Below are positions 9,983-22,997 of a DNA stretch of 64,000 nucleotides, piece by piece. Position numbers and translations under genes: made by a program. Source of the DNA: an uncultured Candidatus Nemicrothrix sp. (GTDB taxonomy: Bacteria; Actinomycetota; Acidimicrobiia; Acidimicrobiales; Aldehydirespiratoraceae). The notes below the pieces were generated by a model. That model did no database searches, was not told where the DNA came from, and saw only the letters and a list, made by a program, of their open reading frames with translations. Location: assembly GCA_964504305.1 (NCBI GenBank), contig CAZDEB010000003.1:87213-151212 (forward strand), in the 5' to 3' direction. Each line of letters opens with the position of its first letter. Position 1 is the stretch's first letter.

Positions 9983-10933
9983 ATGTCCGGCGAGGACCTC
10001 CACGAAGCAGTTCGACACCTGCCAGACCAGGTTCGAGACATCGCGGTCGCGGCCTCAGATGTTGATGGGCTCCCCAGCGTCGACGGGATAGAAAATGTGG
10101 TGCTCCTCGGGGTCGGCGGCGCCCGTGTTGCCGCCGACGTGGTCGAGGCGATCTGCGAGCTGGGCTCGAGTTTGCCCATACTTGCCAGCGGTGGTCGCTG
10201 TCCTACTTGGGTGTCGCCGTCCACCTTGGCGGTCGCGATATCTCAGTCAGGCGACGATGAGGCCACCCTCGCCGCGGCCGAGGCGGCTTTCGACGCCGGC
10301 GCTCGGATCATGGCCGTAACCGCGGGAGGCGAACTGCGCGAGAGGTGCAGTCGGTGGGGTGGCGCGGTTATCCCCGTCGATCCCGCGGCCGGGCCGGCAG
10401 CCGGGCTCGGCGTAACAATCGTGCCCGTGCTCGTCTCGCTGGAACGCCTCGGGTTCGTCACGGGCATGAGCAAGATCGTGACCAGCGCGGCGTCGCAGAT
10501 CAGCGGTCGAATCGATCAAATATTCGGCGACGCCGACATCGACTCCTTGGCCGAAGACCTCATTGGACGAGTGGCGATCGTGTCTGGGGCCGGAGCTATC
10601 GGCAAGCACGCGGCGCGCCGATGGGTTCAAGAACTCGACCGGGTTGGAGAGATTGCTTCGGTTCGGCGTCGGGTGCCGACCGGACCACGCGATGTCGCAA
10701 CCGGCTTACGGCTGGATCAAGCTTCTCGCAACGGTGCTGTTCTTATCGTTCTTCGCCACTCCTATGAGCCTGATGGTCTTGATGGCGGAGTCGCATTGGC
10801 CCAAGATGCGTTCCCGCGTCTCTACGAATTCGGCGCCGAAGGCGACGGCCCGTTGGCCCAGTTGCTCGATCTTGTCTTGATCGGCGACGCCGTTGTCGCC
10901 GCGGTGCTGGCCCGGACAGACCCATGGAACTGA
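9983..10933 (+). CDS. SIS-domain protein (phosphoglucose/phosphomannose isomerase-like)
   Basis: SIS-like VVLLGVGGARVAADV...AVAISQSGDDEATL. Occupies the conserved position between manB and manA. Its stop overlaps the manA start by 10 nt. Confidence 0.7.
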   Translation: MSGEDLHEAVRHLPDQVRDIAVAASDVDGLPSVDGIENVVLLGVGGARVAADVVEAICELGSSLPILASGGRCPTWVSPSTLAVAISQSGDDEATLAAAEAAFDAGARIMAVTAGGELRERCSRWGGAVIPVDPAAGPAAGLGVTIVPVLVSLERLGFVTGMSKIVTSAASQISGRIDQIFGDADIDSLAEDLIGRVAIVSGAGAIGKHAARRWVQELDRVGEIASVRRRVPTGPRDVATGLRLDQASRNGAVLIVLRHSYEPDGLDGGVALAQDAFPRLYEFGAEGDGPLAQLLDLVLIGDAVVAAVLARTDPWN

Positions 10934-12105
10934 TCGACGGCCTGATCCGCAAATACGACTGGGGGTCGCAGTCGTCTATCCCTTCGCTTCTCGGGCGGCC
11001 CGAAGACGGCGACCCGTGGGCCGAACTTTGGCTCGGAGCTCATCCGTCGGCGCCTTCGCTGGTGGGCGCCGCGGCTATTCCGCTGACCGAGCTCGTGGCC
11101 TCCGACCCACAGTCGATGCTGGGCGCACAAGTGGCCGAACGTTTCGGTGCCTTACCGTTCTTGCTCAAGGTGTTGGCTGCTGCGGCGCCGTTGTCGTTGC
11201 AGGCGCATCCGTCGATTCCTCAAGCCGAGGCGGGCTTTGCTCGTGAGAACGCGGCTGGGGTCGCAATCGACGCCCCCAACCGGTCGTTTCGCGATCGCCA
11301 ACACAAGCCCGAGCTGATTTGTGCTCTCACCGAGTTCGAAGCCTTGTGCGGCTTCCGAGATCCGGAGGCGACGCTCGATCTCCTGGGTTCTATAGCGACG
11401 CCCGAGCTCGACTCGATTCGATCGCGTCTGGCCGCCGACCCTTCTGACGAGGGGCTTCGCCAACTCCTCGAGTATCTCCTGCTGCTCGATTCGCAGACCG
11501 CGGCGCCGCTGTCGAACGCAGTGGTGGCGGCGTGCGCCGCGGGGTTGAATGGGCCATCGCCAAAAGGGCGATGGTCAAACGAGCACCGCCTCGCTGTCGG
11601 CCTTGGTGAGCGTTACCCAGGCGACGTTGGCGTGGTTACCGCGCTGCTGCTCAACTACGTGACCCTGGTTCCGGGCGAGGCGCTTTTTCTGGGGGCCGGG
11701 AATCTGCACGCGTATCTCCGCGGCACTGGTATTGAGATCATGGCCAACTCCGACAATGTGTTGCGCGGGGGTCTCACGCCCAAACACGTCGATGTTGCGA
11801 CGTTGCTCGATGTCGTGGATGTCACCCCGATAGTTCCCGATATCCAAAGGCCCACGCCGGTCGATGGCGTAGTCAGCTACCGAATCCCAGTGCCCGAATT
11901 TTCGCTGTCGCAGGTCGAGGTGAGCGAGCGGGTGGTGGTTGGCCCCGGACCGGCAATCATTTTGTGCACTGATGGCGTCGTCAACGTGGGGTCGCTTACT
12001 CTCGACCGAGGTGCCGCGGCGTGGCTGTCGGCTGCTGACGGCGTGGTCGAAGCGACCGGCCGAGGCACGGTATTTTGTGCCGGCGTTGGGACCCTCACCC
12101 GCTGA
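10924..12105 (+). CDS. manA: mannose-6-phosphate isomerase, class I
   Basis: ELWLGAHPSAPS and LSLQAHPS metal-site motifs; length is typical. Confidence 0.9.
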   Translation: MELIDGLIRKYDWGSQSSIPSLLGRPEDGDPWAELWLGAHPSAPSLVGAAAIPLTELVASDPQSMLGAQVAERFGALPFLLKVLAAAAPLSLQAHPSIPQAEAGFARENAAGVAIDAPNRSFRDRQHKPELICALTEFEALCGFRDPEATLDLLGSIATPELDSIRSRLAADPSDEGLRQLLEYLLLLDSQTAAPLSNAVVAACAAGLNGPSPKGRWSNEHRLAVGLGERYPGDVGVVTALLLNYVTLVPGEALFLGAGNLHAYLRGTGIEIMANSDNVLRGGLTPKHVDVATLLDVVDVTPIVPDIQRPTPVDGVVSYRIPVPEFSLSQVEVSERVVVGPGPAIILCTDGVVNVGSLTLDRGAAAWLSAADGVVEATGRGTVFCAGVGTLTR

Positions 12106-12243
12106 AGGCTTACGCGCCCTACACTGATGCGCTGCGGGCTGCACAGAGATGGTGTCAGCTGACCCCGGCCCCGTCCTTCCATAACGGCTTTTCGGTTCCT
12201 CGCGAACTGCAAGCCATCTCGAACCAAAAACAGGAGGACCCTC

Positions 12244-13692
12244 GTGGGTACCACCATCAGCGGCGACTTCAAGGTCGCCGATCTCGAACTGGCCAGCTTT
12301 GGCCGCAACGAAATCCGTCTCGCCGAGCACGAAATGCCCGGCCTCATGGCTTTGCGAGCCAAGTACACCGACGACCAACCGCTGGCTGGTGCCCGCATTG
12401 CCGGCTCTTTGCACATGACAGTTCAGACCGCGGTGTTGATCGAAACTCTGGTAGCTCTCGGCGCCGACGTGCGCTGGGTCAGCTGCAACATTTTCTCGAC
12501 CCAGGACCACGCCGCTGCTGCGGTTGCGGTCGGTCCGCAAGGGTCCCTCGATGTGCCATCGGGCACTCCGGTGTTTGCCTGGAAGGGCGAGTCGCTCGAG
12601 GAGTACTGGTGGGCGACCGAGCAGTTGTTCCATTGGCCTGACGGCGGCGGTCCCAACCTGATTCTCGACGACGGCGGCGATGCCACGATGCTTGTCCACA
12701 AGGGAATCGAGTTCGAAAAGGCCGGTGCCATCCCCGAGACCGAAGAGGACGCGTCCGAGGAGTACGGGGTCTTCCTCGAGCGACTCCGCGATATCGCAAG
12801 CCGTGATGCTGGGTTCTTCTCCCGTATAGCCCCCGGTATCCGTGGGGTGTCAGAAGAAACCACCACTGGCGTGCACCGCCTCTACCAAATGATGGAAAGT
12901 GGCGAACTGCTGTTCCCGGCGATCAACGTCAACGACTCGGTCACCAAGTCCAAGTTCGACAACCTCTATGGCTGTCGCCACAGTCTGATCGACGGCATCA
13001 ATCGAGCCACCGACGTGATGATTGGCGGCAAGGTTGCGGTTGTGTGTGGCTACGGCGACGTCGGTAAGGGATGCGCCGAATCTTTGCGGGGCCAGGGCGC
13101 TCGAGTAATCGTCACCGAGGTTGATCCGATCTGTGCGCTTCAGGCCGCGATGTCGGGCTACGAGGTCAACACCCTCGAGGCCGTTCTGGGCATTGCCGAC
13201 ATATTCATCACGACCACCGGCAACAAGGACATCATCCTTGCCGGCCACATGGAACGTATGAAGCACCAAGCCATCGTCGGCAACATCGGCCACTTCGACA
13301 ACGAACTCGACATGGCTGGCCTCAACCGGATGTCTGATGTCCAGCGGGTCACGATCAAGCCGCAGGTCGACGAGTACGTGTTCCCCGACGGGCACTCGAT
13401 CATCATCTTGAGCGAGGGCCGTCTGCTGAACCTCGGCAATGCCACTGGTCATCCCAGTTTTGTTATGAGTTGCTCGTTCACCAATCAGGTGTTGGCTCAG
13501 CTCGAACTTCATGCCAACTCGGCCACGATCGAGATGGGTGTGCACGTGCTGCCCAAAGAACTCGACGAGGAAGTCGCCCGTTTGCACCTCGACTCTTTGG
13601 GGGTCAAGCTGACCACCATGACTCAGGACCAGGCCGATTACTTGGGCGTGGACCCGCACGGCCCGTTCAAGCCAGATCATTACCGATACTGA
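12244..13692 (+). CDS. ahcY: adenosylhomocysteinase
   Basis: AGGAGG lies 6 nt before GTG 12244. NAD loop [11 protein letters not shown]. The 482-aa length is typical of the long form. Confidence 0.97.
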   Translation: MGTTISGDFKVADLELASFGRNEIRLAEHEMPGLMALRAKYTDDQPLAGARIAGSLHMTVQTAVLIETLVALGADVRWVSCNIFSTQDHAAAAVAVGPQGSLDVPSGTPVFAWKGESLEEYWWATEQLFHWPDGGGPNLILDDGGDATMLVHKGIEFEKAGAIPETEEDASEEYGVFLERLRDIASRDAGFFSRIAPGIRGVSEETTTGVHRLYQMMESGELLFPAINVNDSVTKSKFDNLYGCRHSLIDGINRATDVMIGGKVAVVCGYGDVGKGCAESLRGQGARVIVTEVDPICALQAAMSGYEVNTLEAVLGIADIFITTTGNKDIILAGHMERMKHQAIVGNIGHFDNELDMAGLNRMSDVQRVTIKPQVDEYVFPDGHSIIILSEGRLLNLGNATGHPSFVMSCSFTNQVLAQLELHANSATIEMGVHVLPKELDEEVARLHLDSLGVKLTTMTQDQADYLGVDPHGPFKPDHYRY

Positions 13693-13738
13693 GCGCAGCT
13701 TCGGCCGCGGCGCGCCGCGGCTGGGCTAACGTCCGGGC

Positions 13739-14611
13739 ATGTCGTGTACACGTGGAGTTTGGTTCGCCCCCGAAGGAATTTCGGGCGCTGAGGTAGTCGC
13801 ATTTGGTCAACGGGTCGAGTCGTTGAACTACACGACGCTGTGGGTCGGCGAGACGTTTGGCCGAGATCCGTTCGCTCAACTAGCGGCTATCGGAGCGGCG
13901 ACGTCATCGCTGACTTTGGCTTCGGGAATCGCCAACATCTACAACCGTCACCCAGGAGTGATGCTGCAAGGCGCCAACACGGTTGCCGAGCAAACCGGTG
14001 GGCGGATGATCCTCGGGTTGGGCGTGTCATCGCCGGCGATCGTCAACAAGGTTCGTGGGATCGAATACGGCAAACCGCTGTCGTTCCTGCGTAGTTACCT
14101 CGAAGTCATGGAGGGGGCCTTGTACACATCGGTGGCGCCTCCCGAACCAGTCCCAGTGGTGCTGGCCGCGCTTGGCCCCAAGATGTTGCAGTTGGCCGCT
14201 GAGAAGAGCGAAGGAGCTCACCCTTACAACGTGACGCCCGAACACACAGCCATGGCCCGAGAGGTAATGGGAGCCGACGCCGGTCTGTACGTCGAGCAGA
14301 AGGTCATGCTCACCACCGATGCCGAGCAAGCCCGAGCGACGGGAGCCAAGGTGCTCAAGTTCTATTCCCGAGCGCCGGGTTATCGCAACGCATGGTTGCG
14401 CATGGGGTTCAGCGACGAAGACATCGACGGTCTCAGCAACAAGCTGGTTGATGGGCTCATTGCGTGGGGCGATGCCGATCGCATCGAAACCCGTCTCGCC
14501 GAGCACGCCGAAGCGGGCGCGACTCATGTGTGCATCCATCCACTCCACCCCGAATCCGGCCAGGGGGCCGTGCACGACGAAGTACTCGCGGCCCTTGCCC
14601 CGCCCGCCTAA
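13739..14611 (+). CDS. LLM-class (luciferase-like) F420-dependent oxidoreductase
   Basis: TIM-barrel LLM pattern (LWVGETFGRDPF...GLGVSSP...); ~290 aa. Confidence 0.75.
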   Translation: MSCTRGVWFAPEGISGAEVVAFGQRVESLNYTTLWVGETFGRDPFAQLAAIGAATSSLTLASGIANIYNRHPGVMLQGANTVAEQTGGRMILGLGVSSPAIVNKVRGIEYGKPLSFLRSYLEVMEGALYTSVAPPEPVPVVLAALGPKMLQLAAEKSEGAHPYNVTPEHTAMAREVMGADAGLYVEQKVMLTTDAEQARATGAKVLKFYSRAPGYRNAWLRMGFSDEDIDGLSNKLVDGLIAWGDADRIETRLAEHAEAGATHVCIHPLHPESGQGAVHDEVLAALAPPA

Positions 14612-14655
14612 GCCATACCGTCCGACCCGTTAGATCTCAACCAGGAGTGCAACCA

Positions 14656-15495
14656 GTGTCGCAAGACCGAGTGACCGTCGACTTTCAAGATGGCATAGCC
14701 GATGTCCGCCTCAACCGGGGCGACAAAATGAACGCGATGGACGGCCCTATGTTCGCGGCGCTCATCGACACCGCCGACGAGTTGGCCCGACTGCCGGGGC
14801 TGAGGGCCGTGGTCTTGTCGGGCAACGGGCCCAGCTGGTGTGCGGGTCTCGACTTCTCGGGCTTCCAAGCCATGGCCGGCGGGGTCGGAAGCGATGAGTC
14901 TGCTGACGACGGATCAACCAGCACCGGTTCGATTGGGCGCGTCGACGAGGGCCGCATAACCCACCGAGCGCAGCAAGCAGTGTGGGGTTGGCACGAGCTG
15001 TCCGTTCCGGTGATCGCCGCGGTTCACGGTGTCGCGTTTGGGGCGGGCATCCAGTTGGCGATCGGCTGCGACATTCGGATTGTCCATCCCGACGTGCGGA
15101 TGTCGGTTCTAGAGATTCGGTGGGGGATCTCGCCGGATATGACCTGCACGCAGATCCTCCCTGGTTTGGTTGGTAGCGACGTGGCCAAGGAAATGATCTG
15201 GACCGGCAAAGAGGTCAACGGGGAGGAGGCGGTTCGTATCGGCTTGGCCACCCGGATGTCCGTTGATCCCCACCACGAAGCGATGGAGTTGGCCCGAACG
15301 ATCGCGTCCAAGAGCCCGCACGCGATCCAAGCTGGCAAACGTCTGGTCGACGGTGCCGCTACCCAGGACTACGCGGTCGGCTTTGCTCGCGAACGCGCCG
15401 AGATAGGCGCCCTTATCGGGTCGCCAAATCAGGTCGAATCTGTCTCGGCTTTCTTCGAAAAGCGCCGTCCCGATTACGTCGAGGTTCTCGACTGA
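14656..15495 (+). CDS. enoyl-CoA hydratase/isomerase (crotonase) family protein
   Basis: NRGDKMNAMD...VVLSGNGPSWCAGLDF oxyanion-hole region. Start moved to GTG 14656, with AGGAG 8 nt upstream; the listed start 14464 overlaps the previous gene. Confidence 0.85.
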   Translation: MSQDRVTVDFQDGIADVRLNRGDKMNAMDGPMFAALIDTADELARLPGLRAVVLSGNGPSWCAGLDFSGFQAMAGGVGSDESADDGSTSTGSIGRVDEGRITHRAQQAVWGWHELSVPVIAAVHGVAFGAGIQLAIGCDIRIVHPDVRMSVLEIRWGISPDMTCTQILPGLVGSDVAKEMIWTGKEVNGEEAVRIGLATRMSVDPHHEAMELARTIASKSPHAIQAGKRLVDGAATQDYAVGFARERAEIGALIGSPNQVESVSAFFEKRRPDYVEVLD

Positions 15496-15522
15496 CCTTG
15501 GGTATCGGGTATTGGGGGTCGG

Positions 15523-16074
15523 ATGTTGGGTGTCAGGGGTCGTCCGTACTGTGCCCAAATGGCTTCTCGAACCGACGAACTCGACGACTTCTTACCTTGC
15601 TGGCCGCATTCTGGTAGCGCCGCTCGCTTTGTTCGACAGCTCAAGTACCGAAGGTGCACCGCTGCCATCACCGTGATTGCCGATCACATGGCCGCGCTCG
15701 CACCCGTCGTAGATGTCGTTACCTGGAGCCCGTGCGCACCCCGCAACCGCAAGAGCCGCGGATTCGACCCAAGCGAGTTGCTGGCCCGCGCTGTCGCTCA
15801 GCGACTCAGGGTTCCCGCGGTCGGCTTGCTCAGCCGCCGCGACTCGACACCACAAACTTCGCGCAACCGCGAAGGACGTCTTCGCGGACCGCGACTGAGG
15901 GCGCGGCGGCGAACCGAGCTTCGGGGGGCATCGGTCCTGCTGATCGACGATGTCGCCACCACCGGAGCCACGCTGGCTACCGGGGCTGCTACTCTGCGCG
16001 CGGCTGGGGCGCGACAAGTGGTTGGTCTGGTAGCAACGTACGTCCCCGATCGGGGGGTCCCCGCTGCTCGATAG
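15523..16074 (+). CDS. comF: ComF-family phosphoribosyltransferase-like protein
   Basis: PRTase loop VLLIDDVATTGATL. At 183 aa it is short at the N-terminus, and the usual double CxxC zinc finger is not evident. Confidence 0.7.
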   Translation: MLGVRGRPYCAQMASRTDELDDFLPCWPHSGSAARFVRQLKYRRCTAAITVIADHMAALAPVVDVVTWSPCAPRNRKSRGFDPSELLARAVAQRLRVPAVGLLSRRDSTPQTSRNREGRLRGPRLRARRRTELRGASVLLIDDVATTGATLATGAATLRAAGARQVVGLVATYVPDRGVPAAR

Positions 16075-16117
16075 GACCGTCTAAAGTAGGGGGCACACCA
16101 ACTAGCGGAGGTTACGA

Positions 16118-16690
16118 ATGGACGTCTCCATCAGCGCACGACATGTGAATGTCACAACGCGACTGGAGGAGGTGATCCAAGAAAAAATCGGCACACTCGA
16201 TCGTTTCCTCGACGGGCTCGAACGTTCCCAAGTCCATTTCGAAGAAGCTCGGAATCCGCGGATACAAGACAAGTGCGTTCTTGAGGTCTCGGTTGAAGGC
16301 GACGGCCACCTGCTGCGCTGCAAAGTGAACGCAGTAGATCCCTACACCGCGGTCGATGCCGCCACCCTCACTCTCGAACGCCAGATCCGAAAACTACGAA
16401 CGAAGCTCAAGCGTCGTCAGCACGGCAGCGGCGACACAATCCGGGTGCAGGAGGCCCCTCAACTTCCCGAATCCTCGACCGGCGACGTTGAAGTCGACGA
16501 CGAGCCGTTGCCTACCATTGTGAAGAGCAAACGGTTTCATCTTGGCCCGATGACCGCCGATGATGCGGTGCTGAAGATGGAGCTCCTTGGCCATGGCTTC
16601 TTTTTCTTCATCAACAAGGAAACCAATCGTTCGGCGGTCGTCTATCGCCGTGACGACGGTGACGTTGGACTAATCGACGAAGCTGGTTAA
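16118..16690 (+). CDS. hpf: ribosome hibernation-promoting factor, long form
   Basis: N-terminal RaiA/S30AE fold plus a C-terminal dimerisation domain (RFHLGPMTADDAVLKMELLGHGFFFF). Confidence 0.9.
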   Translation: MDVSISARHVNVTTRLEEVIQEKIGTLDRFLDGLERSQVHFEEARNPRIQDKCVLEVSVEGDGHLLRCKVNAVDPYTAVDAATLTLERQIRKLRTKLKRRQHGSGDTIRVQEAPQLPESSTGDVEVDDEPLPTIVKSKRFHLGPMTADDAVLKMELLGHGFFFFINKETNRSAVVYRRDDGDVGLIDEAG

Positions 16691-16693
16691 CCA

Positions 16694-17389
16694 GTGCGGC
16701 GCCTCGGCCGACAGGAAGAGGTGCCGCATCAATCTCCAGACATCCGCGTCGTGGTCTGTGATTGTCATGCCTTGTTTCGTCGAGGTGTGGTCATGGAACT
16801 TGATGACGCCGGCGACATCGAAGTCATTGGCGAGGCCGCCGATGGCCGCGACGCTGTCGACATCTGTTCTCATCTCGCACCGGACGTGGTTTTGATGGAC
16901 GTCTCGATGCCGTCTATAGACGGCATCGAGGCGACCCGTCGCCTTGGTGCGACGATTCCGTCCGCGAAGGTGTTGATGTTGACGTCGTCGCACGACGAGC
17001 AACACTTGTTCGAGGCGATTCGGGCCGGCGCGACCGGGTATCTCCTAAAGGAGTCAACGATTGCCGAAGTCGCTCCGATCGTACGAGCAGTCGCCGCCGG
17101 CGAGAGCTTCGTGTCGCCGGTGCTAGCCGGTCGTTTGTTGGCCGAATTCTGTTCGCTCAGTGAACGAGCCGAAAGCTCGTGGGGAATCGCCGCGGCGCTC
17201 ACCGAGCGCGAGGTCGAGATTCTCGAGCGCATGTCGAGCGGGGCCGATAATGCTTCGATCGCGACCGCATTGGATCTCACCCAAAGCTCGGTAAAAAACC
17301 ATGTGGGCAACGTCTTGGCCAAGCTCCAGCTCCATACGCGGACCGAAGCGGTGTTGTTTGCCGTGCGGGAAGGATTGGTCGACTCGTGA
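16694..17389 (+). CDS. NarL/LuxR-family response regulator (no kinase gene adjacent)
   Basis: Receiver domain with acceptor Asp in VVLMDVSMP, then LTSS and YLLK. C-terminal LuxR HTH (LTEREVEILERM...IATALDLTQSSVKNHVGNVLAKL). Confidence 0.85.
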   Translation: MRRLGRQEEVPHQSPDIRVVVCDCHALFRRGVVMELDDAGDIEVIGEAADGRDAVDICSHLAPDVVLMDVSMPSIDGIEATRRLGATIPSAKVLMLTSSHDEQHLFEAIRAGATGYLLKESTIAEVAPIVRAVAAGESFVSPVLAGRLLAEFCSLSERAESSWGIAAALTEREVEILERMSSGADNASIATALDLTQSSVKNHVGNVLAKLQLHTRTEAVLFAVREGLVDS

Positions 17390-17447
17390 CTTTCCCCAGC
17401 CCCTGCCAAGGCTCCCGAAAACTGGTCGGTAGGCTTCGCAAATATCT

Positions 17448-20165
<2,718 letters not shown>

Positions 20166-20194
20166 CGTCGCACCGCGCTACAGCGGAGACCGTC

Positions 20195-21307
20195 ATGCAA
20201 GATTTCACCGATCAACTCGCGGCGATCCGGTTCCGGCTCGATGAGGCGGCTGGTTATTTGCGCGTCGCCGAACTCGAACTTCGTCAGCCCCAACTCGAAA
20301 CCGAAGCCTCGCGCCCCGATCTTTGGGACGATCAGGACAAGGCCCGCAAAGTCACTTCCGAACTCGCGGCGGTAAACGAAGACCTCGATCTTTACCGTCG
20401 GCTTCGTGGCGATTTCGAGGATGCCGAAACGCTGCACTCGATGGCCCGAGAAGAGGGCGACGATTCTCTGGAACCCGAGATTTCCGACGCAGCTGCGAAC
20501 CTCGAATCGACGCTCGACGAACTCGAAATGCGGTCGTTGTTCACTGGCGAGTTCGATGAGCGCGACGCGGTTTGCCAGATCAAATCGGGCGAGGGTGGTA
20601 CGGACGCTCAGGACTGGGCCGAAATGCTGATGCGGATGTACAACCGTTGGGCCGACCGGCGTGGGTTCGAGGTCGAGATCACTGCTGTGTCGGAAGGCAC
20701 CGAGGCTGGCCTCAACAACGTTGAGTTCATTCTCAAAGGTCGACACGCGTACGGGTTGATGCAGTCAGAACATGGCGTACACCGGCTGGTTCGAATCTCT
20801 CCGTTCAACAACGAGGGCAAACGCCAGACCGCCTTCTCGGCTATCCAAGTGTCTCCGTTCTTCGAAGAAGTTTCTGACGAGATCGAGATCGACGACAAAG
20901 AGCTCCGCATCGACACGTACCGTTCGTCGGGAGCCGGTGGCCAACATGTGAACGTCACCGATTCGGCGGTTCGAATCACTCATCTACCGACCGGTCTGGT
21001 GACCAGTTGTCAAAACGAGCGCAGCCAACATCAAAACAAGGATCGAGCTATGCAGATGATGGCGTCCAAGCTGCTGCAACTCGAGCGCAAGAAACGCGAT
21101 GACGAGATTGCCGGCATTACCGGCGAGCAACAAAATGTCGGTTTCGGCAGTCAGATCCGCAGCTACGTGATGCAGCCGTATCAGATGGTCAAGGATCTAC
21201 GAACCGAACACGAGACTGCGCAAGTGGATTCGGTGTTGGCCGGCGACCTCGACCCATTTATGGAAGCGTGGCTGCGGTGGACCCGGGCTCAGGCCGAGTC
21301 CGTATGA
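20195..21307 (+). CDS. prfB: peptide chain release factor 2
   Basis: SPF motif (RISPFN) and GGQ motif (SGAGGQHVN). ATG 20195 lies 30 nt after the secA stop. Single uninterrupted ORF. Confidence 0.95.
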   Translation: MQDFTDQLAAIRFRLDEAAGYLRVAELELRQPQLETEASRPDLWDDQDKARKVTSELAAVNEDLDLYRRLRGDFEDAETLHSMAREEGDDSLEPEISDAAANLESTLDELEMRSLFTGEFDERDAVCQIKSGEGGTDAQDWAEMLMRMYNRWADRRGFEVEITAVSEGTEAGLNNVEFILKGRHAYGLMQSEHGVHRLVRISPFNNEGKRQTAFSAIQVSPFFEEVSDEIEIDDKELRIDTYRSSGAGGQHVNVTDSAVRITHLPTGLVTSCQNERSQHQNKDRAMQMMASKLLQLERKKRDDEIAGITGEQQNVGFGSQIRSYVMQPYQMVKDLRTEHETAQVDSVLAGDLDPFMEAWLRWTRAQAESV

Positions 21308-21398
21308 ACCGGTCCAACCACTGGGCCATGCCCAAGATTTCGACCGGGCTGCTGCTAGCGTCTCGCCGTCGGGCGACTAGTTCTTCCACAGGATCGGC

Positions 21399-22076
21399 AT
21401 GATCAAACTCGAGAACGTCACAAAGGTCTACAAGGGCGATCACGTCGCGCTTAGAGACGCCACACTTGATATCGCCAAGGGCGAGTTCGTTTTCCTCGTC
21501 GGCGCTTCCGGGTCGGGCAAATCGACTTTCATTCGCTTGCTTAACCGCGAAGAGGTGCCCGAGAACGGCACCATCTATGTCGCCGGCAAAGACATTGGCG
21601 GGCTCGGCAGCTGGAAAGTCCCGTACTTGCGGCGAAACATTGGCTACATCTTCCAGGACTTCAAGCTTCTGCCTACCAAGACGGTCGCCGAGAATGTCGC
21701 CTTTGCTCTCGAGGTCATTGGCAAACCCCGTCATGTGATCAAAAAGCAGGTGCCGGCCATTCTTGAGCTGGTGGGTTTGTCCGACAAATTGGCGAGCTTC
21801 CCAGCCGAACTATCGGGTGGCGAACAGCAACGAGTGTCGATCGCCAGAGCGTTCGTAAATCGGCCGCTGATTCTTCTCGCCGATGAGCCAACCGGCAATC
21901 TCGACCCGCAGACATCGGTGGGAATCATGCGGCTTCTCGACCGAATCAACCGAACCGGTACCACCGTGGTAATGGCCACCCATGACCGCGGCATCGTCGA
22001 CACCATGCGTCGCCGGGTCATCGAACTCGACCGGGGAGTGATCGTTCGCGATCAGGCCCGCGGCGTTTACGAGTAA
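21399..22076 (+). CDS. ftsE: cell division ATP-binding protein FtsE
   Basis: Walker [10 protein letters not shown], signature LSGGEQQRV, Walker [12 protein letters not shown]. Confidence 0.95.
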   Translation: MIKLENVTKVYKGDHVALRDATLDIAKGEFVFLVGASGSGKSTFIRLLNREEVPENGTIYVAGKDIGGLGSWKVPYLRRNIGYIFQDFKLLPTKTVAENVAFALEVIGKPRHVIKKQVPAILELVGLSDKLASFPAELSGGEQQRVSIARAFVNRPLILLADEPTGNLDPQTSVGIMRLLDRINRTGTTVVMATHDRGIVDTMRRRVIELDRGVIVRDQARGVYE

Positions 22077-22085
22077 GGGCGAATC

Positions 22086-22979
22086 ATGGCTATTAGTCCC
22101 GTCTATGCCTTGCGCGAAACCGGCCAAAACCTTTGGCGCAACTTTCTTCTCACCCTTGCCACCATCATCACAATTGGTGTGTCGTTGTGGTTGTTCGGCG
22201 CGTTTTTTCTCTTCAACTACGCGGTCGACAACGCCACACAACGATGGGAGGGAGGGATCGAGTTCGTCGTTTGGATGAACCCCGATGCCACTCCCGAGCA
22301 GATGGCCAACATCCTCGAGGCGATCGATTCGAGCCCGGAGATCCGCGACAAGGAATTTGTCGACCAAGACGCGGCCTACGAGGAGTTCAAAGACATCTTC
22401 TCCGACACCCCCGAACTGGTCGAGGTTGTCACCCCCGACGTCATGCCGCCTTCGTACCGAATTGTGCCGGTCGATCCCGACGCCGATGTTGTCGAGGAGC
22501 TGGCTAACCAGTTTGTTGGGCGGCCCGGCGTAAAGACGGTGGTATCGGCCAACGATACAATCCGCGATATCCAGACTCTGGCCGACGACATCGGCGTAAG
22601 AGTTCTCATAGGTTCGTTGGTGCTACTTGCCGCCGCGACTTTGCTGATTCTCACCAACATCGTGAGCGCGATTCGCAACCGCGGTCGCGAGATCGAGATC
22701 ATGAAGGTAGTTGGCGCAACCAACTGGTTCATCCGGATCCCGTTCATGCTCGAGGGAGTGGTTCAGGCCGTTATCGGGGCGATCGGGGCTTGGGGCGGGT
22801 TGTGGATCATCGACCGCCAGATCGCCGAGCTCAGCCGTCCGGACAGCCTCGAGCTGATGGCTGGCTTCAAGGTGACTGATAGCGAGTTCCTGTCCACCAA
22901 TTTGTTGGTGTTGGGCATAGCGATAGTTGTGTCGGTCATCTCGTCGGCCATAGCCGTCACCCGGTACCTCGACGCTTAA
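22086..22979 (+). CDS. ftsX: cell division permease FtsX
   Basis: Four-TM FtsX topology with a large first extracytoplasmic loop; directly follows ftsE. Confidence 0.9.
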   Translation: MAISPVYALRETGQNLWRNFLLTLATIITIGVSLWLFGAFFLFNYAVDNATQRWEGGIEFVVWMNPDATPEQMANILEAIDSSPEIRDKEFVDQDAAYEEFKDIFSDTPELVEVVTPDVMPPSYRIVPVDPDADVVEELANQFVGRPGVKTVVSANDTIRDIQTLADDIGVRVLIGSLVLLAAATLLILTNIVSAIRNRGREIEIMKVVGATNWFIRIPFMLEGVVQAVIGAIGAWGGLWIIDRQIAELSRPDSLELMAGFKVTDSEFLSTNLLVLGIAIVVSVISSAIAVTRYLDA

Positions 22980-22997
22980 CTTCGCTAGCCTCTCGCG

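Noticed and set aside
12106-12243. Possible SAH riboswitch in the 138-nt leader upstream of ahcY. It contains GCGCUGCGG, a GCUGCAC...GUGUCAGC hairpin and AACGGC.
   Set aside because: The remembered consensus elements (AGGCUCGG and the AACGGCGCUC 3' strand pairing back to GAGCGCUG) are not present, and the pseudoknot pairing cannot be drawn. A covariance-model scan with the Rfam SAH_riboswitch model would settle it. I expect no hit.
20195-20340. Programmed +1 frameshift site in prfB (CUU UGA C), as found in many bacteria.
   Set aside because: The RF2 reading frame is continuous from ATG 20195. The region equivalent to the E. coli shift site reads GGT TAT TTG CGC GTC, with no in-frame UGA and no internal SD.
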